64,000 nucleotides of DNA from Escherichia coli (GCF_965641715.1 NZ_OZ282453.1); one strand, 5' to 3'; shown: positions 36,330-49,279, counted from the stretch's first letter. Notes: generated by a model not told the origin, from the sequence alone. Numbers and translations are program-made.

Positions 36330-38002
36330 TGGCTGCGCAAGGGTTCTTACTGATTGCCACGTTTTTACTGGTATTAATGGTGCTGGCGCGTCCTTTAGGC
36401 AGCGGGCTGGCGCGGCTGATTAATGACATTCCTCTTCCAGGTACAGCGGGCGTTGAACGTATACTCTTTCGTTTACTTGGCGTCTCTGACCATGAGATGA
36501 ACTGGAAGCAATATCTTTGTGCCATTCTCGGCCTGAACATGCTGGGGCTGGCGGTGCTGTTTTTTATGTTGCTCGGTCAGCACTATCTGCCGCTTAATCC
36601 ACAGCAGTTGCCGGGGCTGTCGTGGGATCTGGCGCTCAATACCGCCGTCAGCTTTGTCACGAATACCAACTGGCAATCTTATAGCGGTGAAACCACGTTG
36701 AGCTATTTCAGCCAGATGGCGGGCTTAACGGTGCAAAACTTTCTTTCTGCCGCCAGCGGGATTGCGGTGATTTTTGCCCTCATTCGTGCATTTACCCGCC
36801 AGAGCATGAGCACACTCGGGAATGCCTGGGTCGATCTGCTACGCATCACGTTATGGGTGCTCGTCCCTGTGGCGTTGGTGATCGCACTGTTTTTTATTCA
36901 ACAAGGTGCGCTGCAAAACTTTCTGCCCTATCAGGCAGTGAATACCGTTGAAGGAGCGCAACAGCTGTTACCAATGGGTCCGGTGGCTTCTCAGGAAGCG
37001 ATCAAGATGCTCGGTACTAACGGCGGTGGCTTCTTTAATGCCAACTCGTCGCATCCGTTTGAAAACCCAACCGCACTGACCAACTTCGTGCAGATGCTGG
37101 CGATCTTCTTGATCCCAACAGCGCTGTGCTTTGCCTTTGGTGAAGTGACGGGCGATCGCCGCCAGGGGCGCATGTTGCTGTGGGCGATGTCAGTGATTTT
37201 TGTCATCTGCGTAGGCGTGGTGATGTGGGCAGAAGTTCAGGGTAATCCTCATCTGCTGGCGCTCGGCGCAGACAGCAGCATCAATATGGAAGGTAAAGAG
37301 AGCCGTTTCGGCGTGCTGGTCAGTAGCCTGTTTGCGGTCGTGACTACGGCGGCGTCCTGTGGCGCGGTGATTGCGATGCATGATTCGTTTACCGCTCTCG
37401 GTGGCATGGTGCCGATGTGGCTGATGCAAATTGGTGAAGTGGTATTCGGCGGTGTCGGTTCTGGTCTTTACGGCATGATGCTGTTTGTCCTGCTGGCGGT
37501 GTTTATTGCCGGGCTGATGATTGGTCGTACACCGGAATATCTGGGTAAAAAAATCGACGTACGTGAGATGAAACTGACTGCACTGGCGATTCTGGTCACC
37601 CCGACGCTGGTGCTGATGGGCGCGGCGCTGGCAATGATGACCGACGCCGGACGTAGCGCCATGCTCAACCCTGGCCCGCATGGTTTTAGCGAAGTGCTGT
37701 ACGCCGTGTCATCCGCCGCTAACAACAACGGCAGCGCCTTTGCCGGATTAAGCGCCAACTCTCCGTTCTGGAACTGTTTACTGGCGTTCTGCATGTTTGT
37801 CGGTCGCTTCGGAGTGATTATCCCGGTGATGGCAATTGCCGGTTCGCTGGTAAGTAAAAAGAGCCAACCCGCCAGCTCCGGCACGCTGCCAACGCACGGC
37901 CCGCTGTTTGTTGGCCTGTTAATCGGCACCGTGTTGCTGGTTGGCGCACTGACCTTTATCCCTGCCCTGGCGCTTGGTCCGGTGGCGGAATATCTCTCCT
38001 GA
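36329..38002 (+). CDS. kdpA: K+-transporting ATPase subunit A
   Basis: 557 aa from [24 protein letters not shown]…. Confidence 0.95.
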   Translation: MAAQGFLLIATFLLVLMVLARPLGSGLARLINDIPLPGTAGVERILFRLLGVSDHEMNWKQYLCAILGLNMLGLAVLFFMLLGQHYLPLNPQQLPGLSWDLALNTAVSFVTNTNWQSYSGETTLSYFSQMAGLTVQNFLSAASGIAVIFALIRAFTRQSMSTLGNAWVDLLRITLWVLVPVALVIALFFIQQGALQNFLPYQAVNTVEGAQQLLPMGPVASQEAIKMLGTNGGGFFNANSSHPFENPTALTNFVQMLAIFLIPTALCFAFGEVTGDRRQGRMLLWAMSVIFVICVGVVMWAEVQGNPHLLALGADSSINMEGKESRFGVLVSSLFAVVTTAASCGAVIAMHDSFTALGGMVPMWLMQIGEVVFGGVGSGLYGMMLFVLLAVFIAGLMIGRTPEYLGKKIDVREMKLTALAILVTPTLVLMGAALAMMTDAGRSAMLNPGPHGFSEVLYAVSSAANNNGSAFAGLSANSPFWNCLLAFCMFVGRFGVIIPVMAIAGSLVSKKSQPASSGTLPTHGPLFVGLLIGTVLLVGALTFIPALALGPVAEYLS

Positions 38003-38024
38003 TGATATTGAGTGAGCACTGAAT

Positions 38025-40073
38025 ATGAGTCGTAAACAACTGGCGCTATTCGAACCAACACTTGTCGTTCAGGCGCTGAAAGAAGCGGTGAAAAAATTAA
38101 ACCCGCAGGCGCAATGGCGCAATCCGGTGATGTTTATCGTCTGGATCGGCAGTCTGCTGACCACCTGTATTAGCATCGCGATGGCAAGCGGCGCGATGCC
38201 TGGCAATGCGCTGTTTAGCGTGGCCATTAGCGGCTGGCTGTGGGTCACCGTACTGTTCGCTAATTTCGCCGAGGCGCTGGCAGAAGGCCGCAGTAAAGCG
38301 CAGGCCAACAGCCTGAAAGGGGTGAAAAAAACTGCTTTTGCTCGCAAGCTGCGCGAACCGAAATATGGCGCTGTGGCAGACAAAGTTCCTGCCGATCAAC
38401 TGCGTAAAGGTGACATCGTGCTGGTAGAAGCTGGCGATATTATCCCCTGCGATGGTGAAGTCATTGAAGGCGGCGCATCGGTCGATGAAAGCGCCATCAC
38501 CGGGGAATCGGCACCGGTGATCCGTGAATCCGGTGGCGATTTTGCCTCCGTCACTGGCGGCACGCGTATTCTTTCTGACTGGCTGGTGATTGAGTGTAGC
38601 GTTAACCCCGGCGAGACATTTCTGGATCGGATGATCGCGATGGTGGAAGGCGCACAGCGACGTAAAACGCCGAACGAGATTGCCCTGACCATCCTGCTGA
38701 TTGCCCTGACTATCGTCTTTTTACTGGCAACCGCCACGCTGTGGCCGTTTTCCGCGTGGGGCGGTAATGCAGTCAGTGTAACGGTACTGGTGGCGCTGCT
38801 GGTCTGTCTGATCCCAACCACTATTGGCGGCCTGTTGTCAGCGATCGGCGTCGCCGGGATGAGTCGGATGCTGGGCGCGAATGTGATTGCCACCAGCGGA
38901 CGTGCAGTTGAAGCGGCGGGTGACGTTGACGTCCTGCTGCTGGATAAAACCGGCACCATCACACTCGGTAACCGTCAGGCGTCGGAGTTTATCCCCGCGC
39001 AGGGCGTGGATGAAAAAACGCTGGCTGACGCCGCACAACTGGCTTCGCTGGCTGATGAAACGCCGGAAGGCCGCAGTATTGTGATCCTCGCCAAGCAGCG
39101 TTTTAACCTGCGCGAGCGCGATGTGCAGTCGCTCCATGCCACCTTTGTACCGTTTACTGCGCAAAGCCGGATGAGCGGGATCAACATCGACAACCGCATG
39201 ATCCGTAAAGGTTCTGTCGATGCCATTCGCCGCCATGTTGAGGCTAACGGTGGTCACTTCCCTGCCGATGTTAATCAAAAAGTCGATCAGGTTGCGCGTC
39301 AGGGGGCCACGCCGCTGGTGGTGGTGGAAGGTTCTCGTGTGCTGGGCGTTATTGCGCTGAAAGATATCGTTAAAGGCGGCATTAAAGAACGCTTCGCGCA
39401 ACTGCGCCAAATGGGCATTAAAACGGTGATGATTACCGGCGATAACCGTCTGACTGCCGCCGCCATTGCCGCGGAAGCGGGTGTCGATGATTTTCTCGCC
39501 GAAGCGACACCAGAGGCCAAGCTGGCATTGATCCGTCAGTATCAGGCGGAAGGCCGTTTGGTGGCGATGACCGGCGATGGCACCAACGATGCTCCGGCGC
39601 TGGCGCAAGCAGATGTCGCGGTGGCGATGAACTCTGGTACTCAGGCGGCGAAAGAAGCGGGCAATATGGTGGATCTCGACTCTAACCCGACCAAGTTGAT
39701 CGAGGTGGTGCATATTGGCAAACAGATGCTGATGACCCGTGGCTCGCTGACCACCTTCAGCATTGCCAACGATGTGGCGAAATACTTCGCCATTATTCCG
39801 GCGGCGTTCGCGGCAACGTATCCGCAGTTAAATGCGCTGAACATCATGCGCCTGCATTCGCCCGACTCCGCCATTCTCAGTGCGGTGATTTTCAACGCCT
39901 TGATTATCGTCTTTTTGATTCCCCTGGCGTTAAAAGGCGTGAGTTATAAACCGCTTACCGCTTCTGCCATGTTGCGCCGTAACTTATGGATTTACGGTCT
40001 GGGTGGGCTGCTGGTGCCGTTTATTGGTATCAAAGTCATTGATTTACTGCTGACCGTTTGCGGTCTGGTGTGA
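38025..40073 (+). CDS. kdpB: K+-transporting P-type ATPase subunit B
   Basis: 682 aa; P-type ATPase motifs DKTGT and [11 protein letters not shown] present. Confidence 0.97.
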   Translation: MSRKQLALFEPTLVVQALKEAVKKLNPQAQWRNPVMFIVWIGSLLTTCISIAMASGAMPGNALFSVAISGWLWVTVLFANFAEALAEGRSKAQANSLKGVKKTAFARKLREPKYGAVADKVPADQLRKGDIVLVEAGDIIPCDGEVIEGGASVDESAITGESAPVIRESGGDFASVTGGTRILSDWLVIECSVNPGETFLDRMIAMVEGAQRRKTPNEIALTILLIALTIVFLLATATLWPFSAWGGNAVSVTVLVALLVCLIPTTIGGLLSAIGVAGMSRMLGANVIATSGRAVEAAGDVDVLLLDKTGTITLGNRQASEFIPAQGVDEKTLADAAQLASLADETPEGRSIVILAKQRFNLRERDVQSLHATFVPFTAQSRMSGINIDNRMIRKGSVDAIRRHVEANGGHFPADVNQKVDQVARQGATPLVVVEGSRVLGVIALKDIVKGGIKERFAQLRQMGIKTVMITGDNRLTAAAIAAEAGVDDFLAEATPEAKLALIRQYQAEGRLVAMTGDGTNDAPALAQADVAVAMNSGTQAAKEAGNMVDLDSNPTKLIEVVHIGKQMLMTRGSLTTFSIANDVAKYFAIIPAAFAATYPQLNALNIMRLHSPDSAILSAVIFNALIIVFLIPLALKGVSYKPLTASAMLRRNLWIYGLGGLLVPFIGIKVIDLLLTVCGLV

Positions 40074-40081
40074 GGTTTACC

Positions 40082-40654
40082 ATGAGTGGATTACGTCCGG
40101 CATTATCGACATTTATCTTTCTGTTATTGATTACTGGCGGCGTTTACCCGCTGCTGACCACCGCGCTGGGGCAATGGTGGTTTCCCTGGCAGGCCAACGG
40201 TTCGTTGATCCGTGAAGGTGATACGGTGCGCGGTTCGGCATTAATCGGGCAGAATTTTACCGACAACGGCTATTTTCAGGGTCGCCCGTCGGCAACGGCA
40301 GAAATGCCCTATAATCCACAGGCTTCTGGCGGGAGCAATCTGGCAGTCAGTAACCCCGAGCTGGATAAACAGATAGCCGCACGCGTTGCCGCATTACGGG
40401 CCGCTAACCCGGATGCCAGCACGAGCGTTCCGGTTGAACTGGTGACGGCATCGGCAAGCGGGCTGGACAATAACATCACCCTACAAGCGGCGGCCTGGCA
40501 GATCCCACGCGTAGCGAAAGCGCGTAATCTCAGCGTTGAACAGCTCACGCAACTGATCGCAAAATACAGCCAACAACCACTGGTGAAATATATCGGCCAG
40601 CCGGTCGTCAACATTGTCGAACTCAATCTGGCGCTGGATAAACTTGATGAATAA
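40082..40654 (+). CDS. kdpC: K+-transporting ATPase subunit C
   Basis: 190 aa from [25 protein letters not shown]…. Confidence 0.93.
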   Translation: MSGLRPALSTFIFLLLITGGVYPLLTTALGQWWFPWQANGSLIREGDTVRGSALIGQNFTDNGYFQGRPSATAEMPYNPQASGGSNLAVSNPELDKQIAARVAALRAANPDASTSVPVELVTASASGLDNNITLQAAAWQIPRVAKARNLSVEQLTQLIAKYSQQPLVKYIGQPVVNIVELNLALDKLDE

Positions 40655-43331
40655 CGAACCCTTACGTCCCGACCCCGATCGTCTGCTGGAACAAACTGCC
40701 GCGCCGCATCGGGGGAAGCTGAAAGTTTTCTTCGGTGCCTGCGCAGGCGTCGGGAAGACCTGGGCGATGCTGGCAGAAGCCCAGCGACTGCGGGCGCAAG
40801 GGCTGGATATTGTGGTTGGCGTGGTAGAAACCCACGGGCGGAAAGATACCGCCGCCATGCTGGAAGGGCTGGCTGTTCTGCCGCCAAAACGCCTGGCGTA
40901 CCGTGGGCGGCACATCAGCGAGTTTGATCTCGATGCCGCCCTCGCCCGCCGTCCGGCGCTGATCTTAATGGACGAACTGGCGCACAGTAATGCGCCAGGT
41001 TCTCGTCATCCTAAACGCTGGCAGGATATCGAAGAACTGCTGGAAGCTGGCATTGATGTTTTCACAACCGTCAACGTTCAGCATCTGGAAAGTCTGAATG
41101 ATGTGGTCAGCGGCGTCACCGGAATTCAGGTACGGGAAACCGTGCCCGATCCTTTTTTCGATGCCGCCGACGACGTGGTGCTGGTGGACTTGCCCCCGGA
41201 CGATCTGCGCCAGCGGCTGAAAGAAGGCAAAGTCTATATTGCCGGGCAGGCGGAGCGCGCCATTGAACATTTTTTCCGCAAAGGCAATCTGATCGCCCTG
41301 CGCGAACTGGCACTGCGCCGTACTGCCGATCGCGTTGATGAGCAAATGCGCGCCTGGCGGGGGCATCCTGGCGAAGAGAAAGTGTGGCACACGCGCGACG
41401 CGATCCTTTTATGCATCGGCCATAACACCGGCAGCGAAAAACTGGTCCGCGCGGCGGCGCGGCTGGCGTCACGGCTGGGGAGCGTCTGGCACGCGGTGTA
41501 TGTTGAAACCCCTGCCCTGCATCGCTTACCGGAGAAAAAACGTCGGGCAATTCTCAGCGCCTTACGTCTGGCGCAGGAGCTGGGCGCGGAGACGGCAACA
41601 CTTTCTGATCCAGCGGAAGAGAAAGCGGTAGTGCGTTATGCCCGTGAACATAATCTCGGCAAGATTATTCTCGGTCGCCCAGCCTCGCGCCGCTGGTGGC
41701 GTCGGGAAACGTTTGCTGACCGACTGGCGCGCATCGCCCCCGATCTCGATCAGGTGCTGGTCGCGCTTGATGAACCACCCGCCCGCACGATTAACAACGC
41801 GCCGGATAGCCGCTCTTTTAAAGACAAGTGGCGGGTACAGATTCAGGGATGCGTGGTTGCCGCCGCGTTATGCGCCGTTATCACCTTAATTGCCATGCAG
41901 TGGCTGATGGCGTTTGATGCCGCCAACCTGGTGATGCTGTATCTACTTGGCGTGGTGGTGGTGGCGCTATTTTATGGACGCTGGCCTTCGGTGGTTGCTA
42001 CCGTCATTAATGTGGTGAGTTTCGATCTCTTTTTTATCGCCCCACGCGGCACGCTCGCCGTCTCTGATGTGCAATATCTGCTGACCTTCGCGGTGATGTT
42101 AACCGTCGGGCTGGTGATCGGGAACCTTACTGCTGGCGTGCGTTATCAGGCGCGGGTAGCCCGTTACCGCGAACAACGCACACGGCACTTATATGAAATG
42201 TCGAAAGCTCTGGCTGTGGGCCGCAGTCCGCAGGACATCGCCGCCACCAGCGAACAATTTATTGCCTCCACGTTTCATGCCCGCAGTCAGGTGTTGTTGC
42301 CCGATGACAACGGTAAATTGCAGCCGTTAACACATCCGCAAGGAATGACGCCGTGGGACGATGCCATCGCGCAGTGGAGTTTTGATAAAGGCCTGCCTGC
42401 GGGTGCGGGCACCGACACGTTACCCGGCGTGCCGTACCAGATTTTGCCGTTAAAAAGCGGTGAGAAAACCTACGGGCTGGTGGTGGTGGAACCGGGGAAT
42501 CTGCGTCAGTTGATGATCCCGGAACAGCAGCGCCTGCTGGAGACGTTTACGCTGTTAGTCGCCAATGCGCTTGAGCGGCTGACGCTGACCGCCAGCGAAG
42601 AACAGGCGCGGATGGCAAGCGAACGTGAACAGATCCGCAACGCCCTGCTGGCGGCGCTTTCGCATGATTTACGCACTCCGCTTACGGTGCTGTTTGGTCA
42701 GGCAGAAATCTTAACGCTCGATCTGGCAAGCGAAGGATCACCCCACGCCCGCCAGGCCAGCGAGATTCGTCAGCATGTGCTGAACACTACCCGACTGGTG
42801 AATAATCTACTGGATATGGCGCGAATTCAGTCCGGCGGCTTTAATTTGAAGAAAGAGTGGTTAACGCTGGAAGAAGTAGTCGGCAGCGCGCTGCAAATGC
42901 TGGAACCGGGTTTATCGTCGCCCATCAATCTTTCTCTGCCAGAACCGCTGACCTTAATCCACGTTGACGGGCCACTCTTTGAACGGGTGCTGATTAATCT
43001 GCTGGAGAACGCGGTGAAATATGCGGGTGCGCAGGCCGAAATTGGTATCGATGCCCACGTTGAGGGCGAAAATCTACAACTGGATGTCTGGGATAACGGC
43101 CCCGGTCTTCCGCCAGGCCAGGAGCAGACGATATTTGATAAGTTTGCTCGCGGGAATAAAGAGTCGGCAGTACCGGGGGTAGGGCTTGGACTGGCAATTT
43201 GTCGGGCGATAGTGGATGTACACGGGGGCACTATTACCGCGTTCAACCGACCGGAAGGTGGTGCCTGTTTTCGTGTTACACTTCCCCAGCAAACTGCCCC
43301 TGAACTTGAAGAATTTCATGAGGATATGTGA
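40647..43331 (+). CDS. kdpD: sensor histidine kinase KdpD
   Basis: 894 aa from [16 protein letters not shown]…; contains the H-box (LSHDLRTPL) and ATPase domain; overlaps kdpC by 8 nt. Confidence 0.95.
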   Translation: MNNEPLRPDPDRLLEQTAAPHRGKLKVFFGACAGVGKTWAMLAEAQRLRAQGLDIVVGVVETHGRKDTAAMLEGLAVLPPKRLAYRGRHISEFDLDAALARRPALILMDELAHSNAPGSRHPKRWQDIEELLEAGIDVFTTVNVQHLESLNDVVSGVTGIQVRETVPDPFFDAADDVVLVDLPPDDLRQRLKEGKVYIAGQAERAIEHFFRKGNLIALRELALRRTADRVDEQMRAWRGHPGEEKVWHTRDAILLCIGHNTGSEKLVRAAARLASRLGSVWHAVYVETPALHRLPEKKRRAILSALRLAQELGAETATLSDPAEEKAVVRYAREHNLGKIILGRPASRRWWRRETFADRLARIAPDLDQVLVALDEPPARTINNAPDSRSFKDKWRVQIQGCVVAAALCAVITLIAMQWLMAFDAANLVMLYLLGVVVVALFYGRWPSVVATVINVVSFDLFFIAPRGTLAVSDVQYLLTFAVMLTVGLVIGNLTAGVRYQARVARYREQRTRHLYEMSKALAVGRSPQDIAATSEQFIASTFHARSQVLLPDDNGKLQPLTHPQGMTPWDDAIAQWSFDKGLPAGAGTDTLPGVPYQILPLKSGEKTYGLVVVEPGNLRQLMIPEQQRLLETFTLLVANALERLTLTASEEQARMASEREQIRNALLAALSHDLRTPLTVLFGQAEILTLDLASEGSPHARQASEIRQHVLNTTRLVNNLLDMARIQSGGFNLKKEWLTLEEVVGSALQMLEPGLSSPINLSLPEPLTLIHVDGPLFERVLINLLENAVKYAGAQAEIGIDAHVEGENLQLDVWDNGPGLPPGQEQTIFDKFARGNKESAVPGVGLGLAICRAIVDVHGGTITAFNRPEGGACFRVTLPQQTAPELEEFHEDM

Positions 43332-44005
43332 CAAACGTTCTGATTGTTGAAGATGAACAGGCTATTCGTCGCTTTCTGCGCACGGCGCTGGAGGGCGACG
43401 GGATGCGCGTCTATGAGGCCGAAACGCTGCAACGCGGCTTGCTGGAAGCGGCTACCCGTAAGCCAGATTTGATTATTCTCGATCTCGGCCTGCCCGATGG
43501 TGATGGGATTGAGTTTATCCGCGACCTGCGCCAGTGGAGCGCGGTGCCGGTGATTGTGCTTTCCGCACGCAGCGAAGAGAGCGACAAAATCGCCGCGCTG
43601 GATGCCGGAGCGGATGATTATCTAAGTAAGCCGTTTGGCATTGGCGAATTGCAGGCCCGTCTGCGCGTCGCTTTACGCCGCCACTCCGCCACCGCCGCGC
43701 CCGATCCGCTGGTGAAATTTTCCGATGTTACCGTCGATTTAGCCGCCCGCGTGATTCACCGGGGTGAGGAAGAGGTGCATCTCACCCCGATTGAGTTTCG
43801 CCTGCTGGCAGTGCTGCTCAACAACGCCGGAAAAGTGCTCACCCAGCGCCAACTCCTTAACCAGGTGTGGGGGCCAAACGCGGTCGAACACAGTCATTAT
43901 TTGCGTATTTATATGGGGCATCTGCGACAAAAACTGGAGCAGGATCCCGCCCGCCCCCGCCATTTCATTACCGAAACCGGTATTGGGTATCGGTTTATGC
44001 TTTAG
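43328..44005 (+). CDS. kdpE: response regulator KdpE (OmpR family)
   Basis: 225 aa, [31 protein letters not shown]…. Confidence 0.95.
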   Translation: MTNVLIVEDEQAIRRFLRTALEGDGMRVYEAETLQRGLLEAATRKPDLIILDLGLPDGDGIEFIRDLRQWSAVPVIVLSARSEESDKIAALDAGADDYLSKPFGIGELQARLRVALRRHSATAAPDPLVKFSDVTVDLAARVIHRGEEEVHLTPIEFRLLAVLLNNAGKVLTQRQLLNQVWGPNAVEHSHYLRIYMGHLRQKLEQDPARPRHFITETGIGYRFML

Positions 44006-44288
44006 GGGTTGAAATGCCGGATGCGGCGTAAACGCCTTATCCAGCCTACTCATCGTCCCGTAGGCATGATAAGACGCGTCAGCGTCGCATCAGGCATGGC
44101 TCTGTGAATAACGTCGGCAAAAACTGGAAAAAGACCCCGCCCTCGCCATTTCATTACCGAAACCGGTATTGGGTATCGGTTTATGCTTTAGGGGCTGACT
44201 TGCCGGATGCGGCGTGAACGCCTTATCCAGCCTACTCATCGTCCCGTAGGCATGATAAGACGCGTCAGCGTCGCATCAGGCATTGGCA
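43927..44288. repeat. tandem direct duplication (~190-bp period, 2 copies) of the kdpE 3' end plus a REP pair
   Basis: Copy 1 at 43927-44098 and copy 2 at 44117-44288 are near-identical; each carries the last ~80 nt of kdpE followed by gccggatgcggcg…ccttatccagcctac and gcctgatgcgacgctgacgcgtcttatcatgcctac palindromes. Confidence 0.85.
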
Positions 44289-44304
44289 CTCATGGCTAAA
44301 TATT

Positions 44305-44799
44305 TTAATGTGTATTTATCGCTTTCAACTCTTGCTGGCATTTTTCTGACTGGCAGCGTCGCAACTCAATAATCCCGACATGCATCATCGAGCCAATAAA
44401 GCCGCTTTCGCTGACATAATCCTCATTAACTATCGGTCGAGTGCCGGGCTTGCCCTGGCAAACCAGCATAAAAAATGAGGTGTAGCACTGCCAGCCGGGA
44501 TTTAAACCGGCTTTTTCTTGTGCTGACATATCGTGAAGATAAATAAGTTCTTTTTCGTTCCCGCCTGACAACTGCCAGCGGCGGGTATTATCAGGTAAGT
44601 TATCGCTACAACAATTTGTCTTACACCGGGAAGGCGCAATATTTACCGCAATGCTACCCTTTAACCCTCTGGTTTTATCTTTAGGGGTCAGTAACCAGTC
44701 GCCAGCTAATGATGATTGTTCAGGTTGGGCACATGCAGTCAGCAGTAGTGTGGCGGCAATGAATGTTACTCTTACGACCAGACTCCTTTTGGTCTTCAT
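44305..44799 (-). CDS. ybfP: lipoprotein YbfP
   Basis: 164 aa with a lipoprotein signal (…LLLTAC…). Confidence 0.85.
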   Translation of the reverse strand: MKTKRSLVVRVTFIAATLLLTACAQPEQSSLAGDWLLTPKDKTRGLKGSIAVNIAPSRCKTNCCSDNLPDNTRRWQLSGGNEKELIYLHDMSAQEKAGLNPGWQCYTSFFMLVCQGKPGTRPIVNEDYVSESGFIGSMMHVGIIELRRCQSEKCQQELKAINTH

Positions 44800-44849
44800 T
44801 TTGAATTCCCTTGAGCTATTCAGTTTGTTGGCAAAGTGCGCGTTGTTTT

Positions 44850-44885
<36 letters not shown>

Positions 44886-44931
44886 AAATGATGCAAATTC
44901 AATATATTGCACCATCAGGCAGTCATACGTA

Positions 44932-44966
44932 AAAAAGGGCGATCTTGCGACCGCCCTTTTTTTATT
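44932..44966. terminator. intrinsic terminator 3' of pgm, bidirectional-looking
   Basis: aaaaaagggcgatcttgcgaccgccctttttttatt: GC stem flanked by an A-run and a T-run. Confidence 0.75.
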
Positions 44967-44974
44967 AAATGTGT

Positions 44975-46615
44975 TTACGCGTTTTTCAGAACTTCGCTAA
45001 CAATCTCAACCGCTTCTTTCTCAATCTGCTTGCGATGTTCTTCACCGAGGAAGCTTTCGCAGTAGATCTTATATGCGTCTTCCGTGCCTGACGGACGCGC
45101 GGCGAACCAGCCGTTGTCAGTCATCACTTTCAGACCGCCAATAGAAGCACCGTTGCCCGGAGCAGCTGTCAGGCGCGCGGTGATCGGGTCACCTGCCAGG
45201 GTGCTGGCGCTCACCATTTCCGGAGACAGCTTAGACAGCGCCGCTTTTTGTGCGGAAGTCGCAGCTGCCTGCAAACGGTTGTAGCTCGGCGCACCAAAGC
45301 GTTTTGCCAGTTCGTTGTAGTGTTCCTGCGGGTTCTTACCGGTGACAGCGGTGATTTCCGCCGCGAGCAGACACATGATGATGCCGTCTTTGTCGGTGGA
45401 CCACGGCGTGCCGTCGAAACGCAGGAAGGAAGCCCCTGCGCTCTCTTCGCCGCCAAAGCCGAAGCTGCCGTCGAACAGACCATCAACAAACCATTTGAAA
45501 CCTACCGGGACTTCTACCAGTTTACGGCCCAAGTCGTTGACCACACGGTCGATCATCGCAGATGAAACCAGCGTTTTACCGACGGCAACATCTTTGCCCC
45601 ACTGCGGACGATGCTGGAACAGGTAATTGATCGCCACCGCCAGGTAGTGGTTCGGATTCATCAAACCTGCCGGAGTGACGATACCGTGACGGTCATAATC
45701 CGGGTCGTTAGCAAACGCCAGATCGAACTTATCACGCAGTGCCAGCAGGCCTGCCATTGCACACTCAGAGGAGCAGTCCATACGGATCGCGCCGTCTTTA
45801 TCAAGGTGCATAAAGCGGAAGGTTTGATCGACCTGATCGTTAACGATAGTCAGGTTGAGGTTGTAATACTCGCCAATACGCTTCCAGTATTCGATACCGG
45901 AACCGCCCAGCGGATCAACGCCAAGCGTCAGGCCCGCTTTCTGAATCGCCGCCATATCAACGATATCGGCCAGCCCTTCCACGAACGGCTGCACCAGATC
46001 CTGCTCTTTCACATGACCGGATGCCATCGCTTCGTCGAGGGAGATACGCTTCACGCCTTTCAGGCCATCGGCCAGCAGTGCGTTGGCACGATCTTCCACC
46101 ACTTTAGTGACGTTGGTATCAGCCGGGCCACCATTTGGCGGATTGTACTTGATACCACCATCTTCCGGCGGGTTATGGGACGGTGTAATAACGATACCGT
46201 CTGCCAGCGGGCCACCTTTTTTATTGTGAACCAGGATGGCATTGGAAACGGCAGGCGTCGGGGTGAAGCCATTGTTTTCCTGCACAATAACATCTACGCC
46301 GTTCGCTGCCAGCACTTCCAGAACGGAAATAAATGCAGGTTCGGACAGGGCGTGAGTATCTTTACCCACATAGCAAGGGCCAGTGATGCCGTTTTTCGCA
46401 CGTTCTTCAGCAATTGCCTGAGCGATCGCCAGAATGTGCGGCTCGTTAAAGCTGTGGCGCGCTGCACTGCCACGGTGACCGGAAGTACCGAATTTCACCG
46501 CGTGCTCCGCATTCCCTGCTTCTGGTTTCAGTACATAATATTGCGCCGTCAGTTGGGCGACGTTAATCAAATCACTCTGTTGTGCAGGTTGGCCTGCACG
46601 ATTGTGGATTGCCAT
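44975..46615 (-). CDS. pgm: phosphoglucomutase
   Basis: 546 aa from [22 protein letters not shown]…; active-site TSGHRG motif (read as GTSGHRGS) present. Confidence 0.95.
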
Positions 46616-46640
46616 TGCTTTGTCCTTTGTCTGCAACGTT

Positions 46641-47186
46641 TTAGATAGTTCCGCAAACCTTCTCAATCAATTCCGCCGGGAATTGCATCGACTGCATGAT
46701 GTGTTCGATCATGCTGCATTTACGGCCGGTGTTGGTGTTGGTGATCACCCAATACGGCGTGCCTGGCACATGTTTCGGCTTGGTCTGATTACCATTTTTC
46801 AGCAGCGTTTGTTCATCTGCCGCAAAGTAAACGCGTGTACGACCGTGCAACGATTCCGTTGCTTCGGCAAACGCCTGGGCGTCAAGAGAATATAGTGTAG
46901 ACAACAGCAGCATAAAGCGATTGACCGCTCGCTTTTGCTCTGCGTATTCATCCGAAAGCAGAAGTTCACGCATTGCGCGAACCTTGTCTTTAATCGTTTT
47001 GACCGGCTTCGCTTCGACGATAGCAGGTGACGCAACGCGAACCTCTTTCGTCACCGGAGCAGCAGGCTGTGATGCGGCGGAAAATTTCAACATACGCCGT
47101 AAAATGTCGGATGCGCTCTCGCCGATATGCTTAGTGTGGCTGGCAATATAGCTGTAGAGTTCATCATCAACTTCAATCGTTTTCAT
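46641..47186 (-). CDS. seqA: replication initiation negative regulator SeqA
   Basis: 181 aa from [33 protein letters not shown]…. Confidence 0.95.
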
Positions 47187-47370
47187 CTTAATCCAGTGCA
47201 GTGTCTTAGCTGAATACAAGTCGCCAGGAGTATATGAATAAATCCCGGCAGCGGATAGCGTCAAGCCTGGCTTGCAGAAAAACTCGGAATAAACCTTATT
47301 TGTTGCAGCCCTGTGGCACAATGGTCAACATAATACCCTAACCCGACAACGCGAAAAAAAGAACTTTGCC

Positions 47371-48135
47371 ATGAAATTGAATATCCGCGCGCAAACTGCA
47401 CAAAACCAGCACAATAATTCTCCCATCGTTCTTGTCCATGGTCTGTTTGGCAGCCTCGACAACCTTGGCGTACTGGCTCGCGATCTGGTAAACGATCACA
47501 ATATCATCCAGGTTGATATGCGTAACCACGGTCTTTCACCGAGAGATCCGGTAATGAATTACCCGACGATGGCGCAGGATCTTGTTGATACCCTGGATGC
47601 ACTGCAGATCGACAAAGCAACATTTATCGGTCACTCCATGGGCGGTAAAGCGGTAATGGCACTTACTGCACTGGCCCCCGATCGCATCGATAAACTGGTG
47701 GCGATCGATATCGCACCGGTCGACTATCACGTACGCCGTCATGATGAGATTTTCTCGGCTATCAACGCGGTCAGTGAATCGGACGCACAAACTCGCCAGC
47801 AAGCAGCAGCAATAATGCGCCAGCATCTTAATGAAGAAGGGGTGATTCAGTTTCTGTTGAAATCTTTTGTTGACGGGGAGTGGCGCTTTAACGTGCCGGT
47901 ATTGTGGGATCAGTATCCGCATATTGTGGGTTGGGAGAAAATCCCGGCATGGGATCACCCTGCCCTGTTTATCCCTGGTGGTAATTCTCCGTATGTTAGC
48001 GAGCAGTACCGTGATGATTTACTGGCACAATTTCCACAGGCACGGGCGCATGTGATTGCAGGCGCGGGTCACTGGGTCCATGCTGAAAAACCGGATGCGG
48101 TATTACGCGCTATCCGTCGCTATCTCAATGATTAA
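47371..48135 (+). CDS. ybfF: alpha/beta-hydrolase esterase YbfF
   Basis: 254 aa with a GHSMGG nucleophile elbow. Confidence 0.9.
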   Translation: MKLNIRAQTAQNQHNNSPIVLVHGLFGSLDNLGVLARDLVNDHNIIQVDMRNHGLSPRDPVMNYPTMAQDLVDTLDALQIDKATFIGHSMGGKAVMALTALAPDRIDKLVAIDIAPVDYHVRRHDEIFSAINAVSESDAQTRQQAAAIMRQHLNEEGVIQFLLKSFVDGEWRFNVPVLWDQYPHIVGWEKIPAWDHPALFIPGGNSPYVSEQYRDDLLAQFPQARAHVIAGAGHWVHAEKPDAVLRAIRRYLND

Positions 48136-48274
48136 CGCAACTGATTAAAAACCCAGCGTCCGCGTCGCTTTCCGCGCGTGGGCGTTGGCGTGACTCATCG
48201 CGCTGATGTATTATGGCGCGCTATCCATCCGGGCAGAGGCCTGGCTGATTGTTTCCCCCGAAGTCACCAAGATC

Positions 48275-48568
48275 ATGGCCAAAGAACAAACGGACCGTAC
48301 GACATTAGATCTGTTCGCGCACGAGCGTCGACCGGGACGACCGAAAACTAATCCGCTTTCGCGCGATGAACAGCTGCGTATTAATAAACGCAACCAACTA
48401 AAACGCGACAAAGTACGTGGCCTTAAGCGTGTCGAACTGAAGCTGAACGCGGAAGCTGTCGAGGCGCTGAACGAGCTGGCGGAATCGCGCAATATGAGCC
48501 GTAGCGAACTGATCGAAGAGATGTTAATGCAGCAACTGGCGGCGCTGCGTAGTCAGGGCATCGTTTAA
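48275..48568 (+). CDS. ybfE: LexA-regulated small protein YbfE
   Basis: 97 aa from MAKEQTDRTTLDLFAHERRPGRPK…. Confidence 0.85.
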   Translation: MAKEQTDRTTLDLFAHERRPGRPKTNPLSRDEQLRINKRNQLKRDKVRGLKRVELKLNAEAVEALNELAESRNMSRSELIEEMLMQQLAALRSQGIV

Positions 48569-48706
48569 ATTTCCACTTTCATGTAGCACAGTGTGCAGTC
48601 CTGCTCGTTTGCTGATTCCGCAAGACTGCCTGTTCTGCTATGATTGCCTTTATCCGTGGGCAATTTCCCCCCCCATTTCAATAAGTTTCAAGAGGTTATT
48701 TCACTC

Positions 48707-49237
48707 ATGGCTATCACTGGCATCTTTTTCGGCAGCGACACCGGTAATACCGAAAATATCGCAAAAATGATTCAAAAACAGCTTGGTAAAGACGTTGCCG
48801 ATGTCCATGACATTGCAAAAAGCAGCAAAGAAGATCTGGAAGCTTATGACATTCTGCTGCTGGGCATCCCAACCTGGTATTACGGCGAAGCGCAGTGTGA
48901 CTGGGATGACTTCTTCCCGACTCTCGAAGAGATTGATTTCAATGGCAAACTGGTTGCGCTGTTTGGTTGTGGTGACCAGGAAGATTACGCCGAATATTTC
49001 TGCGACGCATTGGGCACCATCCGCGACATCATTGAACCGCGCGGTGCAACCATCGTTGGTCACTGGCCAACTGCGGGCTATCATTTCGAAGCATCAAAAG
49101 GTCTGGCAGATGACGACCACTTTGTCGGTCTGGCTATCGACGAAGACCGTCAGCCGGAACTGACCGCTGAACGTGTAGAAAAATGGGTTAAACAGATTTC
49201 TGAAGAGTTGCATCTCGACGAAATTCTCAATGCCTGA
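48707..49237 (+). CDS. fldA: flavodoxin 1
   Basis: 176 aa from [23 protein letters not shown]…. Confidence 0.95.
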
Positions 49238-49245
49238 TGTGATGC

Positions 49246-49272
49246 GGCGTAGACTCATGTCTACGCCGTATT
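49246..49272 (+). terminator. fldA intrinsic terminator
   Basis: ggcgtagac-tcat-gtctacgcc hairpin followed by T-rich sequence. Confidence 0.6.
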
Positions 49273-49279
49273 AATAGAT

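Noticed and set aside
36185-38002. 605-aa extended kdpA ORF, and similar N-terminal extensions for seqA (46641-47321), fldA (48644-49237), ybfE (48206-48568), kdpD (40614-43331) and sdhC
   Set aside because: Canonical internal start codons reproduce the known protein N-termini and operon geometry (for example the kdpF stop overlapping the kdpA start); the extensions would overlap upstream genes or promoters.
44117-44200. Second copy of the kdpE C-terminal coding sequence as a functional gene
   Set aside because: It is only an ~80-nt fragment with no start codon or upstream coding sequence; it is a duplication remnant.
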